DNA of 64,000 bases from Heteronotia binoei (Eukaryota): NCBI RefSeq assembly GCF_032191835.1, contig NC_083238.1, forward strand, positions 32,178,001 to 32,242,000. The letters are read 5' to 3'. This document shows, piece by piece, positions 25,216 through 38,289 of the stretch (position 1 is the stretch's first letter; every line of letters begins with the position of its first letter). The translations under genes were made by a program, and so were the position numbers. The notes under the pieces are model-generated. The model saw only the letters and a program-made list of their open reading frames with translations, did not search any database and was not told the DNA's origin.

Positions 25216-28048
25216 TTGGTCCTGAGTGATGGGACAGGTGCTGAAAATCGTGGTCAGATTCTCAGGTTGCATCAGCAATAGTTCAAAAGTATTTCCAAGT
25301 CAGAGAATGTTTTGATTGTGGTTCTTATTTCTTTGTATTTTAGCTCTGGTTTTAATGATGTGTGTTTTTCAGAGAGGTTGATTTTTATGGTTTTAAAATG
25401 TGGTTTTTATTATGCATGTTTTAATTTGTTAGCCACCTTGGTGGAAAGGCAGGATATAAATTTCACAAAATAAAACAAAAACAAAAGGATAGCATTCCTG
25501 ATGGAAGCATGGCAGTAGCACAGAAAGCAAACGATGAGCTATGGAGACTTGTGTGAGCTGCATTTTTATGTCATTCATGCGGTGTAGAAAACTGAGCACA
25601 TGGAAATAATTTTGTTTTGATGGGTACCAAAATCTGTAATGAGTAAACTGGATTGTTTGCTCTCAAAACAACTTTGTTCCAATTAAGCATGCCTGACGCG
25701 GGGCAGCCATGTTGGTCAGCAGCAGCAAAACCCCTTAATCTGGAATCTTGTAACAGATTTACTAAAGCATCATCTTTTGCTGGGTCATGGCATTTATCTT
25801 ACGCACTTTTGAGTTTTGCACAGAAATGTCACAGATTCCACATCTTGCATTTAATGGCTTTTATAACCCCACTGGGCACATAAATGCACTAGGGGATATA
25901 GAGAAAAATTGCATCTGTCTGCTGAGATCACACTTCTTGCATCTGACAAAACTAGGCTTTAGTTAATGGAAATTTGCACTCCAATAACAGTGCTATCCTA
26001 AGCAGACTAACCCACTCATAAATCCATTGAATTCAATTGACTTAGAAGAGTGTAATTCTGCTTAGTATGACATTGTTGATGTTTGTATTTAAAGTGCCAC
26101 AAAGGTAGTTTCTAAAGTGCCTCTTTTTTAAATAATTACGTTTGGGAATGTACCCTACCCAAAAATCCCTTAGAGATTAGCAGGACTTTTTTTTCTGGGG
26201 AGATGTGATGGAACAGAGTTCTGGAACCTCTTCCTGGAAAAAAAATTCTCAAAAAATGTTTTAGAGTTCATGAGGGGCACCTGTGTGTTTCTCTTTCATT
26301 TCCCTCATGAGAGTTTCAACATCTTTTTCTAGAAAAAGGGGGGGGAAAGCCCTGGAAATGCAAAAGATATCTAAACATTGCTGTTGCCTAGTAAATCTTG
26401 TTAATCTGGGGATACACAGAAAAATTTGCAGTGGAAAAGATGGAACCACAAAAGATAAGAGAAGTGTTTTAAAGGTAGGATTTATCTCAAAGTTAACCTT
26501 GTGAATCTTTTTATCTTCTAATACCAGTGGGAATTCTTGACAAATATATGTGTGTACCAACCTGGAAATTCATTACCCCAGTTTCTTTGGGCAGGCTTAT
26601 TGCTAAAATACATTTAAATTCACTTCAGGATTCTTCTTTTTGTTCCTGCAAGTAGGTAACTCCTGGGAAGAGCGGCTTTATTACAAAGCTTCTGCTGCTG
26701 TGGTTTCAATGACACAAAGGGAGACTCTACAGTCTGTTTACAGCCAATAAATACTGTCTGTTTTTCAGCAACAAAACCAGGATTCTTACCTAGGGGACTT
26801 TCCTTTACCAATCAGCCACTCACTTTTGTTCTTAACTGGCTGGGTGTCCCCTTCTGGAGTAAAGCTGTCTGGTTTCTGTTTGTGATATTCATGCGTACAC
26901 TTGTAGCAATTTTATAGCAGAGAATGTGTGTAAAGACTGTAAATAGAAGATTGTAAGTGTTGGGTATAAAGTTACTTTTATGATGAGTCTATGGACAGTG
27001 TGTCAGCTAATCAGCTATAAATGACCTGGCTTGTTCCTGAAATCCCATTTGCTCAGTTTCCATGTTTGTCTGAGGATGCGTTTTGGTGCCACCACCAGGA
27101 GCTCTGAGAAACAAAATTTTCCACAGAGAGAGAGAGAGAGAGAGGATGAGGAGAAGAGAGTATGTGTGAGAGAGAAGCATGTAGAATTACACCAGATTTG
27201 GAACTTCAGGGCAAAAGTCTATATGGAATATGGAAATCAACAGTTCATAGCATGTAGTTCTGATTAATAAATTTTGTTTGTTTATTTTTATTTTATTCAC
27301 ATTATTTGTAGTCTGACTTTCTCAATTGAACTCAGGATGGTTTTACACTTTTAGGAAATCCATATTCCTAATCATGTGCTGCCTCTCCACAATCCTGCTC
27401 TTGGGGGTCTTACAAGTAACCCCTCCCCATCAAATCATCATAAATTATTAATATAAAAACAAGATAATCCATTAAACCAAACCCAGTGGAATAAAAACAT
27501 CAAAAGGCTACTCTAAAAAAATAGATGTCATACCAAACAACTGCTGAAATTCCCTTAGTTAAAATGCAGTTATGGTAGTTGCAACTTAAAGTAGATGGAG
27601 GAGAGGATTCTTAAATGTTGATTCTCGTCTGATTTTTCCAGTAAGAAAAAAAATGTCCTTCCGTCAGCTAATGTTTTGTCCCACACACACACAAAAGTTT
27701 TGGTAATGTTTCTCTTGTGTGGCAAAGAAAAAAATAACAAAAGCTGGATGTGATTTTTAGTCAGAAATTGCATGAGGGAAAAGGGTCAAGTTAATGGTCT
27801 TCAGTTTTAGTTACTAATGAAACAACCACAAAAGATAGCAACAAATTGTTTGTGATCTGGGTTGTTTCTGTCCTTAAACTAGCAGCACAGTTTGGAAACC
27901 CTGCAGGCAGTTCACACATTACAGAGTCCTGGTTTCAAACATAAATAATGCATTTTCAATCCATTTGCAATGCACTTTGCAACTGGATTTTACTGTGTGA
28001 AATAGCAAAATCCACTTTCAAATGGTTGCTTAAGTGGACTGAAACTGT

Positions 28049-28334
28049 GGGTGTTTTCGCACTGACCTTACTTTGGAGCGACGTCCCTCTTCACCAGGCA
28101 GCGTCTGCGCAGATTTCGCACCAATTGTTCTGCAGAACCCGGAAGAGCCGCAAAGTCCCGTGGCTTTTGCGTCGCAAATGTAAACCGCCAAAACCCAGTT
28201 TACATTTGTGACACAAAAGCCGCGGGACTTTACAGCTCTTCCGGGTTCTGCGGAGCAATTGGTGCAAAATCCGCGCAGACGCTGCACGGTGAAGAAGGAC
28301 GTCGCTCCGGAGTAAGGTCAGTATGAAAACGCCC
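28049..28334. mobile_element. 286-bp palindromic Harbinger-like MITE, second subfamily
   Basis: Same termini and length as 13342-13627; 3-bp TSD tgt. Confidence 0.85.
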
Positions 28335-28404
28335 TGTGTTATTTAACAAGTGTAAAAGTGCAAGCTTTGTGTCTGCCACAACTTGCATCGGGACCATGAC
28401 CAGC

Positions 28405-28640
28405 TTGATGTCATGGTTAAGAATGGTGGACTCTGGTCAGGAGAACCGGGTTTGATTCTCCAGCCTTCCACATGAAGCCTGCTGGGTGACCTTGGGGCAG
28501 TCACCATTCTCTCAGAACTCTCTCAGCTCCACCTGTCTCACAAGTTGCCTGTTGAGGGGAGAGGAAGGGAAGGGGATTGTAAGCCACTTTGAGATTCCTT
28601 AAGGTAGAGAACAATGGGGTATAAAAATCAACTCTTCTTT
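28405..28640 (+). mobile_element. Squam3-like SINE (diverged)
   Basis: ccagcttgatgtcatggttaag...gaaccgggtttgattc...gtataaaaatcaactcttcttt. Confidence 0.7.
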
Positions 28641-29014
28641 ATCATGTGGAATTAGGGGGTTGGCGCTCCCCCGTGCCATTTGTCTGTCCTGAAATTTTGG
28701 GAGCTGTTATTTGTCCTGTGGGGGCAATATATATGTAGCCTATCAGTACACAAAAGTAGGACAAATGGTGGCCTTGGCCAGTTACACACAGACAGCCTAA
28801 ATTACCTCACATGGTTGTTACAAGGATAAAATGGAGGAAAGAAAAATGGTGTAAGCTGCATCGGCTCCCCTTTGGGGAGAAAAGGAGTATAAATGAAGAA
28901 TATAATTTAAACTTATTTTTTGGATTTATATCCCACCCTATCCCGCAAGCGGGCTCAGGGCAGCTTATAAAATATTTTTGACAGGCTATTTGATCCATCC
29001 CCCAAGTAAGTTTA

Positions 29015-29250
29015 GCAATCATGGGGAAGGCCTTATCTTAAAAAGGATATAGCTGAGTTGGAAAAGGCAACCCAGTTGATTAAGGGACTGCTGTACTTTT
29101 CCTATGAAGAAATGCTGAAGAGTTTGGGACTTTTCAGTTGAGAAGGTGGCAAAGATGGGACATGCTAGAGGTTTATACATGGGTTGGAGAAAGTGGATAG
29201 AGAGAGCTTTGTCAGAATATTAGAACTCAGAGGCACCCAATGGAATTGAT
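29015..29250 (+). mobile_element. CR1 LINE fragment
   Basis: gctgagttggaaaaggcaacc...cctatgaagaaatgctgaagagtttgggacttttcag, a CR1 C-terminal region. Confidence 0.7.
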
Positions 29251-30330
29251 GGGCAATGTAGCAAAACCAGCTCTCTTTTAAGAAAACAAAACCAAATAGT
29301 CTGACACATAATTTCAAAATGGTATGCTATTGGTATATCTGTTTTGTTTATGTATATTATGTTTTTTTTTGGGGGGGGAACATATAAAGTGATATATTTT
29401 TATGGTTGGTTAACTTAGAAACCATTTATAAACAGAGGTTAAAATGGGCGTGATGTGGTCCATGGGGTCTTGAAGAGTTGGACTCGACTGCGCGACTGAA
29501 CAACAACAACAAAATGTCACTTAGAAGTACTTCCATATTCAGAATAAGGTTTCAGTGAGAAGGGACACCATAAGGGGGAGTGTAAGCTTTGGAATGCAAG
29601 AACCAATCAGAACAAGGTCTGACAATTGTCAACAGTAGATTTGCCAGAACCATCCTCAGTAGGCATATAAGGAGAGGCAGAAGAGAGAAAGGTGTGTCTA
29701 GCAGGCAGGCAGGCAGGAAGGAGTTGTAAGGTAGAAGCATGATGAGAATTACCAACCAAGTCTTTGAAGATCTGGATGAATGAGTCTCAGTCAATCTTTA
29801 TCATAGTGCACAAGTCATACAGAAGCAGAACAAATAATTTTAATACATTAAATCATATCTTAACATGTATCATTCACCCTAGCACATCAGGCAATAAAAA
29901 GGGTTATCAAAGAAAATTTCTCGTTAGACATTATCTCAGCCTATATTTTCATAGCGGAGAACAAAAACTTAGCGGCTGGTATGGTGATTTTTTGGTCAAC
30001 TCCAGCCAATGGCTGTATACAATAAAATTTTGACTGACTGGTAAACTATTTGTTGCTGGTGTGATTGTTAGTTATCTTCCATGTACATGGCAGAAGCAGA
30101 GGATCACATGATTGCTTGGTGAAACCAACAAGGCAGGATAGCTGTGTGTGCTATCCAATTCCTTCCTTTCTCCATAGTGTCACATATCATTTGAAGCTAT
30201 AATGGAGTATTATCCTACCCATGGGGGAAGCATTACTTTCAAAACAGACTCATGAAGACCAAGAGTCTCTGTTCCAAACAATGCATTAACCATGAAAGCA
30301 CAGAACTGTGTTGAGATTATTATTCTCTCC

Positions 30331-30512
30331 AGGACTTTTTTTTGCAGAAAAAGCCCATCAGGAACTCATCTGCATGTTAGGTCACACCCCCTGACATCAC
30401 CATTGTTTCACACAGGGCTTTTTGGTAGAAAAAACTCAGCAGGAATTCATTTGCATATTAGGCCACACCCCCTGGTGCCAAGCCAGCCAGAGTTCCTGTG
30501 CATTCCTGCTCA
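30331..30512. mobile_element. hAT MITE with octamer units
   Basis: caggactttttt...aaatgccctg; ATTTGCAT at 30449-30456. Confidence 0.75.
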
Positions 30513-32639
30513 AAAAATGCCCTGATTCTATTAACTTCTCTCTTACAGGTAATCAGCCCTCTGTCTGAACAGACGGCGGAAGTTTATTCCAGGTGTCAAG
30601 TCTAATCTAATAAAAGCAGTCTAATCACTCCTGAAATAATTAAATGTAAAAGAATAATGATAGAACCCTCCGCAACGGGCGTATTTTAGTAAAATTAGCA
30701 ATAAAAAGCAAACATGTCATCACTTATCAATCTTAAATTTAAAAGATAAAATACTTTTTTCAAAGATTCTCATCAAAGCACTCTAAGAAAAGATAAAATA
30801 GTCTCACCACAACCCAGATCTGAGAGATTTTTTGGGGGGGGGGAGGAGGGGGGTTAGGTTATGGCTACTTTATATATATGTTCAATCACACAAACCTCAC
30901 ATGACTATAGTAAACCCATCTAATTTGTTTCTGCTAAAGGCATGATGTAGATGCTTCTGTGCATTGATTGACATTGTTCTGAGAACATTTGTTTCAAAGC
31001 CATGCTTTGTTCTTTCCACTCTTTCTAGGATTTACTGGGCTGTTCCTTCATAAATGATCTTCTTTCTCATGATTGGAACAGTGAAATACTAAAAAGCAAG
31101 TACGTTTGCAAATCTGAAAACTAAAAGCAAATTCTCAGGCCTACTGTGCTTAACAATCTATGCCATTAACGAAGTCCGTAACAATGCTGCTTTATACAGT
31201 CAAATCATTAATCTATGAAGGTCAATTCAGGGCTTTTTTTCCTGGGGGAATGCAATGGAACAGAGTTCCGGAACCTCTTCTTGGAAACAAAATTCTAAAA
31301 AAAAAAAAGTTTAAAAGTTCATGGGGGCACCCATGTGTTTCTCCTTCATTTCCCTGAGAGTTCTGGCACCTCTTTTTGCAGAAAAAAAGCCCTGTTCAAC
31401 ACTCTCCAGGGTGTGCAGTGCAGATGTTTCACCTCACCTGATCGTGCCAGGGACTCAGTCTGGGACCATCTTTCACCAAAGCATAGTACCACTCAACAGT
31501 GGCCCCTCCAAAAGCTAAGCATCACAACTGCTAGCGTCTTCGGGTGAAGTGTTTTGGTTATTAGTATTCAGAACAAAGCTTTTGGACTCCTCCTTCTACG
31601 GACTGCTTTGCACACAATGGTCTCAGCTTCGTTCCTTAGCATCTCCATTGATGCAAGTATTTCCATTTTCTAGTCCTGTTTTGGAACAGTTTTTCCAGGT
31701 CTTGTGCCACCTCTTTCCATTATTTGGGGAGCCATTGTAGGGCACCACATCTCAATCTCTGGGCCTTGACTAGGGGTGCCAAACCTTTCCCAGAGGTGAG
31801 GTATCCCCCACCCCAGCTCACGTATCTTATTGCCACTTGGAGAGGCAGAGGAAGAAAAAATAAAAGTGCTGTCAAGTTACTGGCAATTTCTAAAGAGGCA
31901 TGACATCACTTCCAGATATTCCACAGCAGTGACATCATGCTACCAGTGTCCCTTATGTCCCCTTTGTCCAAAGCAGGGGTGGGAAATGGAAAATACTTGC
32001 ATATACCTGTTTCAGAATAGCCCAGCAAGTCTTACCTTTATGTTTGCAAAGAGCACCAATTTGGAAACTGCTACCTCCATCCTTGGAGGACCTTAGTTTG
32101 AACTTCCTTACACTTTGTGGAACCTCCCAACATTTTGATTTGACCCAGCCCATGCGGCAGCCATTTTGTGGCAACATACGCTCCTTCATTGCTGCCATTT
32201 TGTTTTTGTGCTCACAGCCCTCAAAAAATGCCCACAGGTTAAAAAATGCCGGGGGCCCTACAGTAGAAACTGAGGAAGCAGCAAGAGGAGAAGCTATTTC
32301 TTATAGTCTTCAGCAAAGTACATGCCAGTTGCCAAAGTCTGTGCTGTGTTAGGAGCCAAAGTCTGGCTGCGTTAGGAGCCAGCACCTATTGTGTGTGTGT
32401 ATTTTCACATCCGTGACTGGACTTTCAGCCTTGTAGTTAAATAAAGGCATCACCATATTTACTTTCACATAGAAGCCAATTAAAATATGGGACACTATTA
32501 AAGTGGTGTTGGCATTCCTCCCTCTGTTTTAAGAGGCTTGTGTGTTTCTGTGTGTCACCTCTTAGTGCTGATGGCCAAGCCAGATGCGATGCTGGGAGCT
32601 CTAAGAGTGGACTTTTCCTGGAGGTGCTCTATTAGTAGC

Positions 32640-33545
32640 TCTTGACTTTTCGTGGTCTTCTATTACTGCTTTCCTATTTGTTGTCTTCTGGGATTGCAAT
32701 GTTAATGATTCAAACCCTATTTCTCACACAATTCCCCTACAATTGTGATATCAGAGGTATTATACTCCAGGTGGTTATCACTTGGAAGTCCCAATTGGAA
32801 GTCCCGAAGGATCTTTGTTTCATCATTCTTCATTATCTTATCTGCTTGTGCTCCCATGAATTTCTGGCTGATGGTAAGCTTGCAAAGATTCCAGTGCAAC
32901 ATAGCTGCAACGTTATCATGACATTCTTTATGATCAGTTTGAGCACTTGTAATGAATGACCTTCACCGTTGGCTGTTTCATCCTTTGTTTAGCAAAGTCG
33001 ATATTTGCTGTTATCACTGGTCTTCTGAATCTTGCTTTTCATACTTTCGTTCTGAGGGTGCAATCACATGGTGGATTTGACCCACCATAGTTATCCCTGG
33101 ATTTAACGTGCACGTTCACATGTGAACATCTTACCCCTTATTGTAGGATGGACTGGGACCAGAGTAAATAGCCACCGGGAACTTCCTGGTAGCAAACCAT
33201 TGAAGTGCATGCATGACGTTTCCTGCATGTCTGAACGGTTGGGCACACCGTGCACATCACCCCACATGCACAGGAGCAACATGAATGTTCCTCTAAGCAT
33301 ATGCAGGACCCGTGCCTATTGCAGGCGCAGTGTGATTGCTGCTGCATGTCTCTTTCTGGAGTGGCTTTTTCAAAGCTGAAAGACTGCCACGGAAAATTCC
33401 AAGTGTGTTCACACCCTGAATGTCTGCTCTTGACTCGAATTAGTCTTTCCGGTTCTTTCTTCAAGTGCCCATTTTGGAGCCACTTCCAGGTGTTTTTGTT
33501 AATTTCATTTTCTGTGCCTTTCAAATATTGCCCATGTAAGTAGGT
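32640..33545 (-). mobile_element. R4/Dong-clade (REL endonuclease) LINE fragment, interrupted by a palindromic MITE at ~33059-33340
   Basis: Minus strand reads TWKWLQNGHLKKE.. / ..YRLC..DET..HDNVAAMLHWNLC..ETKILRDF..HLEYNTSDITIV, matching R4/Dong zinc-finger and REL motifs. Confidence 0.8.
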
Positions 33546-33734
33546 TTTTTTTTTACCATTGTCAAAGTGAGTTTTGACTTACTTTTTTTGTAATCTTCTT
33601 TGGTTTCTGTAACCTTGAATAACTCTCCCTTGTATATTTCAACTAAAAGCTTTTATTTGTTTTTCTTGGTGTAGTCATTCAGTACTTGTTTTTCTTCTTC
33701 TTGCCTATATACTATTTTCCAAATGTGCCCCCAA

Positions 33735-33927
33735 CAATGTTCCCTCTAAGCTGAGTTAGTGAGAGCTAGCTTACTGTTTTTTAGCCTCCGGCTCACATAT
33801 TTTTTGACTTTGTTCAGAGAGCAAGGCCCCAGAGCAAACTAACTTATGTCCACACACAACCTTATTGCCAGTAGCTTGTGAAGTAGAATTTTTGCTCACA
33901 GGACTCCACAGCTTAGAGGGAACATTG
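33735..33927 (+). mobile_element. hAT MITE (CA(A/G)TGTTCCCTCTAAGC TIR); other copies 43382-43576 and 49422-49614
   Basis: TIR caatgttccctctaagc / gcttagagggaacattg; perfect 8-bp TSD gcccccaa. Confidence 0.9.
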
Positions 33928-36900
33928 GCCCCCAACCTGCAGATATCTAAATCCACAGATAAGGGCCACATTTTTCTCCAATCTTTGGTTAACTTGCAGA
34001 AAAAAAAGGGGGGCGGGGAGAAAAGACCTCCCCCGAAAAAAAGCAGAGAACGGTTGATTGTGCAATAGAGAGAACTGTTCTCTGAATGCAGGCACGCAGA
34101 CGAGGGGAAGAGGGTATTGGGGTTAGCTGGTATAGTTAGTCCATTACCTGCTAGTTAGCAGAGTGCCTTAAAGCTACAAATGCAGCAGCATCAGGTGTTT
34201 GAGCATGCAGGTCCTGCAGTGACCATGTAATACAGTTTTGAAGGTTCCATATAATTAATATTGAGAAAAAAGTCCAGCCCTTGAAAAAGGCACAATCGTG
34301 TGGAAATGACTGTCGGACAAGGGACCTTGGTGCAGTTTGCGTACATAATTCCAGTCTTCCAGAGTCTGTCATTTTGGAGAGAGCTTTCCTGCCTTTCACC
34401 AGCCAGTTTTCTTGGGACTCTGTTTGAAATACTTTTTTTTTTTTTGTCAGAGTGGTTTGCACTTTAGTATGGATTCTATGTCTATTAGTGTCTTTCTGTA
34501 ATTTTGATATATGAATTTAATAGTTTAGTCTTCTTGTATTTTCATGTGCTATGCAGCATTTTGTATTGTTATTACTAGTCTTATGAATTCTTCCTGCTTC
34601 CTGTTATTGCTTTGTCTTATACACGGGTGCCCATTGAGCCTTTTTGTCCTGCAGCTAAGGATGGAACAGATGGCAAGAGGGCCATCTGTTTCATGCTGCC
34701 CAGAGAGGACAGTGTGTTGTCCTTCTTGGTGCATGCAGGAAGAAGGGGGAGCTTCATCTGAGAGTGAATCTAAGGAAGGAAGTTGTCCCTGAGAATACAA
34801 TCTACATTTCAAAGAATGTGGCAGAAGAGTAAACATAGGAAGAAAACGTGGTCTCTTGTCACACAGTCTGGAGGCTGAGGCAGGAGACAATGCCTTCACT
34901 TCCAACAGAGGGATGGTCACACCTGTGTGGTTGCTGCAGGCAATGAGGAGGAAGATGAAGAGACAGCCAGCATCTACTGTTGCTGGCTGTCCCTGTCAGC
35001 CCAGTTTCAGGCAGGTGGAGAAGAAGAGTCTCAGCTTAGCCCCTCCTAGGGGTGTATGGGGGAGCAGCAGGTATGGTGGCTTGCCCCTCCCAGGGCAACA
35101 ATGATGCAGCTGCAGCAGAACCTGCCACACTCCCTCACCAGAGAGTTCAGGCAAATGGAGGAGAAAGAGGATCCATTGCTGCTTCCAGCTGCTTCCTTCC
35201 ATCAATGCAACAAAGAATGCTCCCCCAACAGCTTCCTGGCAAACAATGCTCCTCCTCTAGTTGGAGGCAAGCAAAGGAGAGGGAGGGAAGGTCAGGAGCC
35301 AAATGTTTGGGTTAGAAGGAAGAAAGATGAGAGGGATGGCAAAGGGCAGTTGTGGGGGACACTGAAACAAGGAGGGAAGGAATGACAGGGAAGAAGGGGT
35401 AGAGGGAGACAGAAGGGGGATCATGAGTGACAGGGAAGAAGGGAGATATAAAGTGATTGACAAGGAACAGGGGTGGCCAAACTGTGGCTTGGGAGCCACA
35501 TGTGGCTCTTTCGTGCATATTGTGCAGCTCCTGGAGGTCGTGGAGCAACTTAATGTAGGCATACTCTCAAATAAGCATGTATAGCATCAGGACCTCAATC
35601 ATCCTCTGAGCTCTGATCCATAAGTAGGCAAGTATTTCCACCGTGTGTGAAGTGGGGAAGAAGGGGGAAATAGTCAAGCTTGCAAACTGTTCTCCTCCAT
35701 CAAAGAGGTCGCCTAGAGACATAGTTGCATAGCTTTTGTAGGAGCTGTATTTACTAACTGGTGCCAAGGCAAAGAGAAATGCATAATGATGCAAATAGTG
35801 GTCAGTGATTTATATGGTACATGTGTGTTTCTTTCTCCCACTGGTGCCAAAAATAATTCCCTAACCTTTCCCTATGCTAATCTTATGGCAGGGGTGGGGA
35901 ACATCCCTCCCGAGGGCTGTTTAGAGCCCTCAAGATCACTTGGTCTGGCCCTCTGTGCAGCGGCCTCCCTGGGCCTGGCTCCCCAGCCAGGATCACTGCA
36001 GGGCCTGGAAAAATCACTGTCACGGTTCAGGTAAGTTTCCCCCTAATTTCTTTCTTCCCCTTAATTCCTCTTTCTTCCCCCCTTTCTTTATTTCCCTTTC
36101 TTCTCTCTCTCTGTGAGTGGTGGGCATTCTGAAGGACAGCTGTTGAGATATGTGAGTGCCTTTAAAGGTCTACTGGGAGCAGCTGCAGTTTCTATGTGAA
36201 GGGAGGAGGGAGAGGTGACAGAGGGTGGGGTGTGTGGGAGTTAGGTACCACCAGTTCAATTTTCACACAATTTGCAGTTCAATTTGTGGCCTAATATGCT
36301 AATGTGAGACCTAATATGCTAATATTAGGGGATGTGGTCTAATATGCTAATGAATTCCTGCTGAGCTTTTTCTACCAAAAAAGCCCTGGATCTAGACATT
36401 TTCCTAGGGCGGTGGGCTGAGGGGTGTGTGTGTGTGCCAAATTAGGCTCTCCCCACATGACTTCAAATAGAAAAATAATTATTTGCATTAATTTTGCCAG
36501 CCTGAATCGTCCTCCCTCGGTGGAGCACTTTTTAAAAAGTTTATCATTTTGTACGGCCTGCAAATGTTATAAATATCCAAATGGTCCTTGGCAGAAAAAA
36601 AGATTCTCCACCCCTGTCTTATGGGGACTGTTATTCCCAGCTTTTGTTTTTTAAAAAGTCTCTATCAAAGCATGGTGGTGTAAAATGCATACATATGTAT
36701 TTTACCTTTCTGTCCAAAGAATGTATAAAGTCTTTTAATAAAGATGTGTGTGTAATATTTGTTCCTGTCCTGCTGCTCTCAAACATTTGATGTTAATTCT
36801 ATGCGGCTCTTACATTAAGCAAGTTTGGTCACACCTGGACAAAGAAGAAGGGCTGGAGAGAGGCAGAAGGGGAGTGACAGGAAAGAAGGGGTGAAGGAGG

Positions 36901-37365
36901 CAGAAAGTAGGGGGGCATGAGTGACAGGGAAAAAGAGAAACAAAGTGAATGACAAGGAAGAAGGCATAAAGGGAGACAGAAAATGAATGGGCATAAATGA
37001 AAGAAAAGGTGTGGGGGAGAGGGGAGGAAGGAAAGACAGGGGGGGTGGGTGGGATGCTCCTCCTCTTCCTTCTTCATCCATACAATGTCATTCGCTCTCC
37101 AGGTTTTCCTCACTTTGCTTGACTTTTCTTAACCTAATTGATACTATCTCTCTCAAAAGACTGGGGAAGTGTGCATTTTTTACAGGTTCCATCCATATCA
37201 ATGCCACTTTCCTTGCAATGGTGCCCCCCCCAGGGCTTTAAAAAAAAGCCTGTGGTGATGCAAGGAGAGGATAACAGCAGGGACGGTGGGGGCCTGTGTC
37301 AAGGAAAGTGCCTGGAAAACTGTTGTGTGGATGTTCCAGCGCCATAATACTTCTGCTTCTCCAAC

Positions 37366-37535
37366 AGGGAGGAGCCACAGCTCAGTGTTAGAGCATCTGC
37401 TCGGCATGCAGAAGGTCCCAAGTTCACTCCCCAGCACCTCCAGTTAAAGGGATCAGCTGGTAATGTCTATGAAAGACCTCTGCCTGAGACCCTGGAAAGC
37501 CACAGTCAGTCTGAGTAGACGATACTGACCTTTGC
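37366..37535 (+). mobile_element. tRNA-derived SINE (Squam2/AnolisSINE2-like); other copies ~46185-46380 (+) and ~49790-49990 (-)
   Basis: agctcagtgttagagcatctgctcggcatgcagaaggtcccaagttcactcccc tRNA-like head followed by a non-tRNA body. Confidence 0.75.
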
Positions 37536-37800
37536 AGACACTCAACACTGTGCGTGGAAGCAACCACAGTCTACAGATAGAAATGAACTGTGGTGCATAC
37601 CTGGAATTCAGGGTGTGTATACATACACACAGAATTAATCCTTTATTTGTCTCAAGGGTGCGATCTAATAGATTTTGGTTGCAAATGGCAACCGACATTG
37701 CCTCGCCCAGTTGCACTGGCTGCCTCCACTTGGAGAACTATTAAAATAATGATGATTTCCCATTGAATGCTAAAGCCTTATTTGTCCAGATGCAACTTAA

Positions 37801-38060
37801 ATGAAGATATTGGATTTATACCCCGCCCTTCCCTCTGAATCTGAGTGGCTCACAATCTCCTTTACCTTCCTCCCCCACAACAGACACCCTGTGAGGTGGG
37901 TGGGGATGAGAGAGCTCTCACAAGAAGCTGCGCTTTCAAGGACAGATCTGTGAGAACTATGACTGACCCAAGGCCATTCCAGCAGCTGCAAGGTGTGGGG
38001 AATCAAACTCAGTTCTCCCAAATAAGACTCCGCATACTTAACCACTACACCGAACTGGCT
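37801..38060 (-). mobile_element. Squam3-like SINE
   Basis: Reverse complement of the family consensus seen at 4481. Confidence 0.8.
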
Positions 38061-38085
38061 GAAGCAGTAATTCCAAGGATATCAC

Positions 38086-38283
38086 CAGGTTTTTTTTTCA
38101 AGAAAAAGTCCAGCAGGAACTCATTTGCAAATTAGACAACACCTCCTGACATCACCATAGTTTCACAAAGGGCTTTTTTGTAGAAAAATCCTAGCAGGAA
38201 CTCATTTGCATGTCAGGCCACACCCCTGACACCAAGTCAACCGGAACTGCGTTCCTGTGTGTTCCTGCTCAAAAAAAGCCCCG
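38086..38283. mobile_element. hAT MITE with octamer units abutting the CpG island
   Basis: caggtttttt...aaagccccg; TSD gatatcac/ggtaccac; ATTTGCAT at 38204-38211. Confidence 0.8.
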
Positions 38284-38289
38284 GGTACC

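Noticed and set aside
37366-37445. tRNA gene
   Set aside because: It is a SINE head that continues into a repeat body, and the cloverleaf is incomplete.
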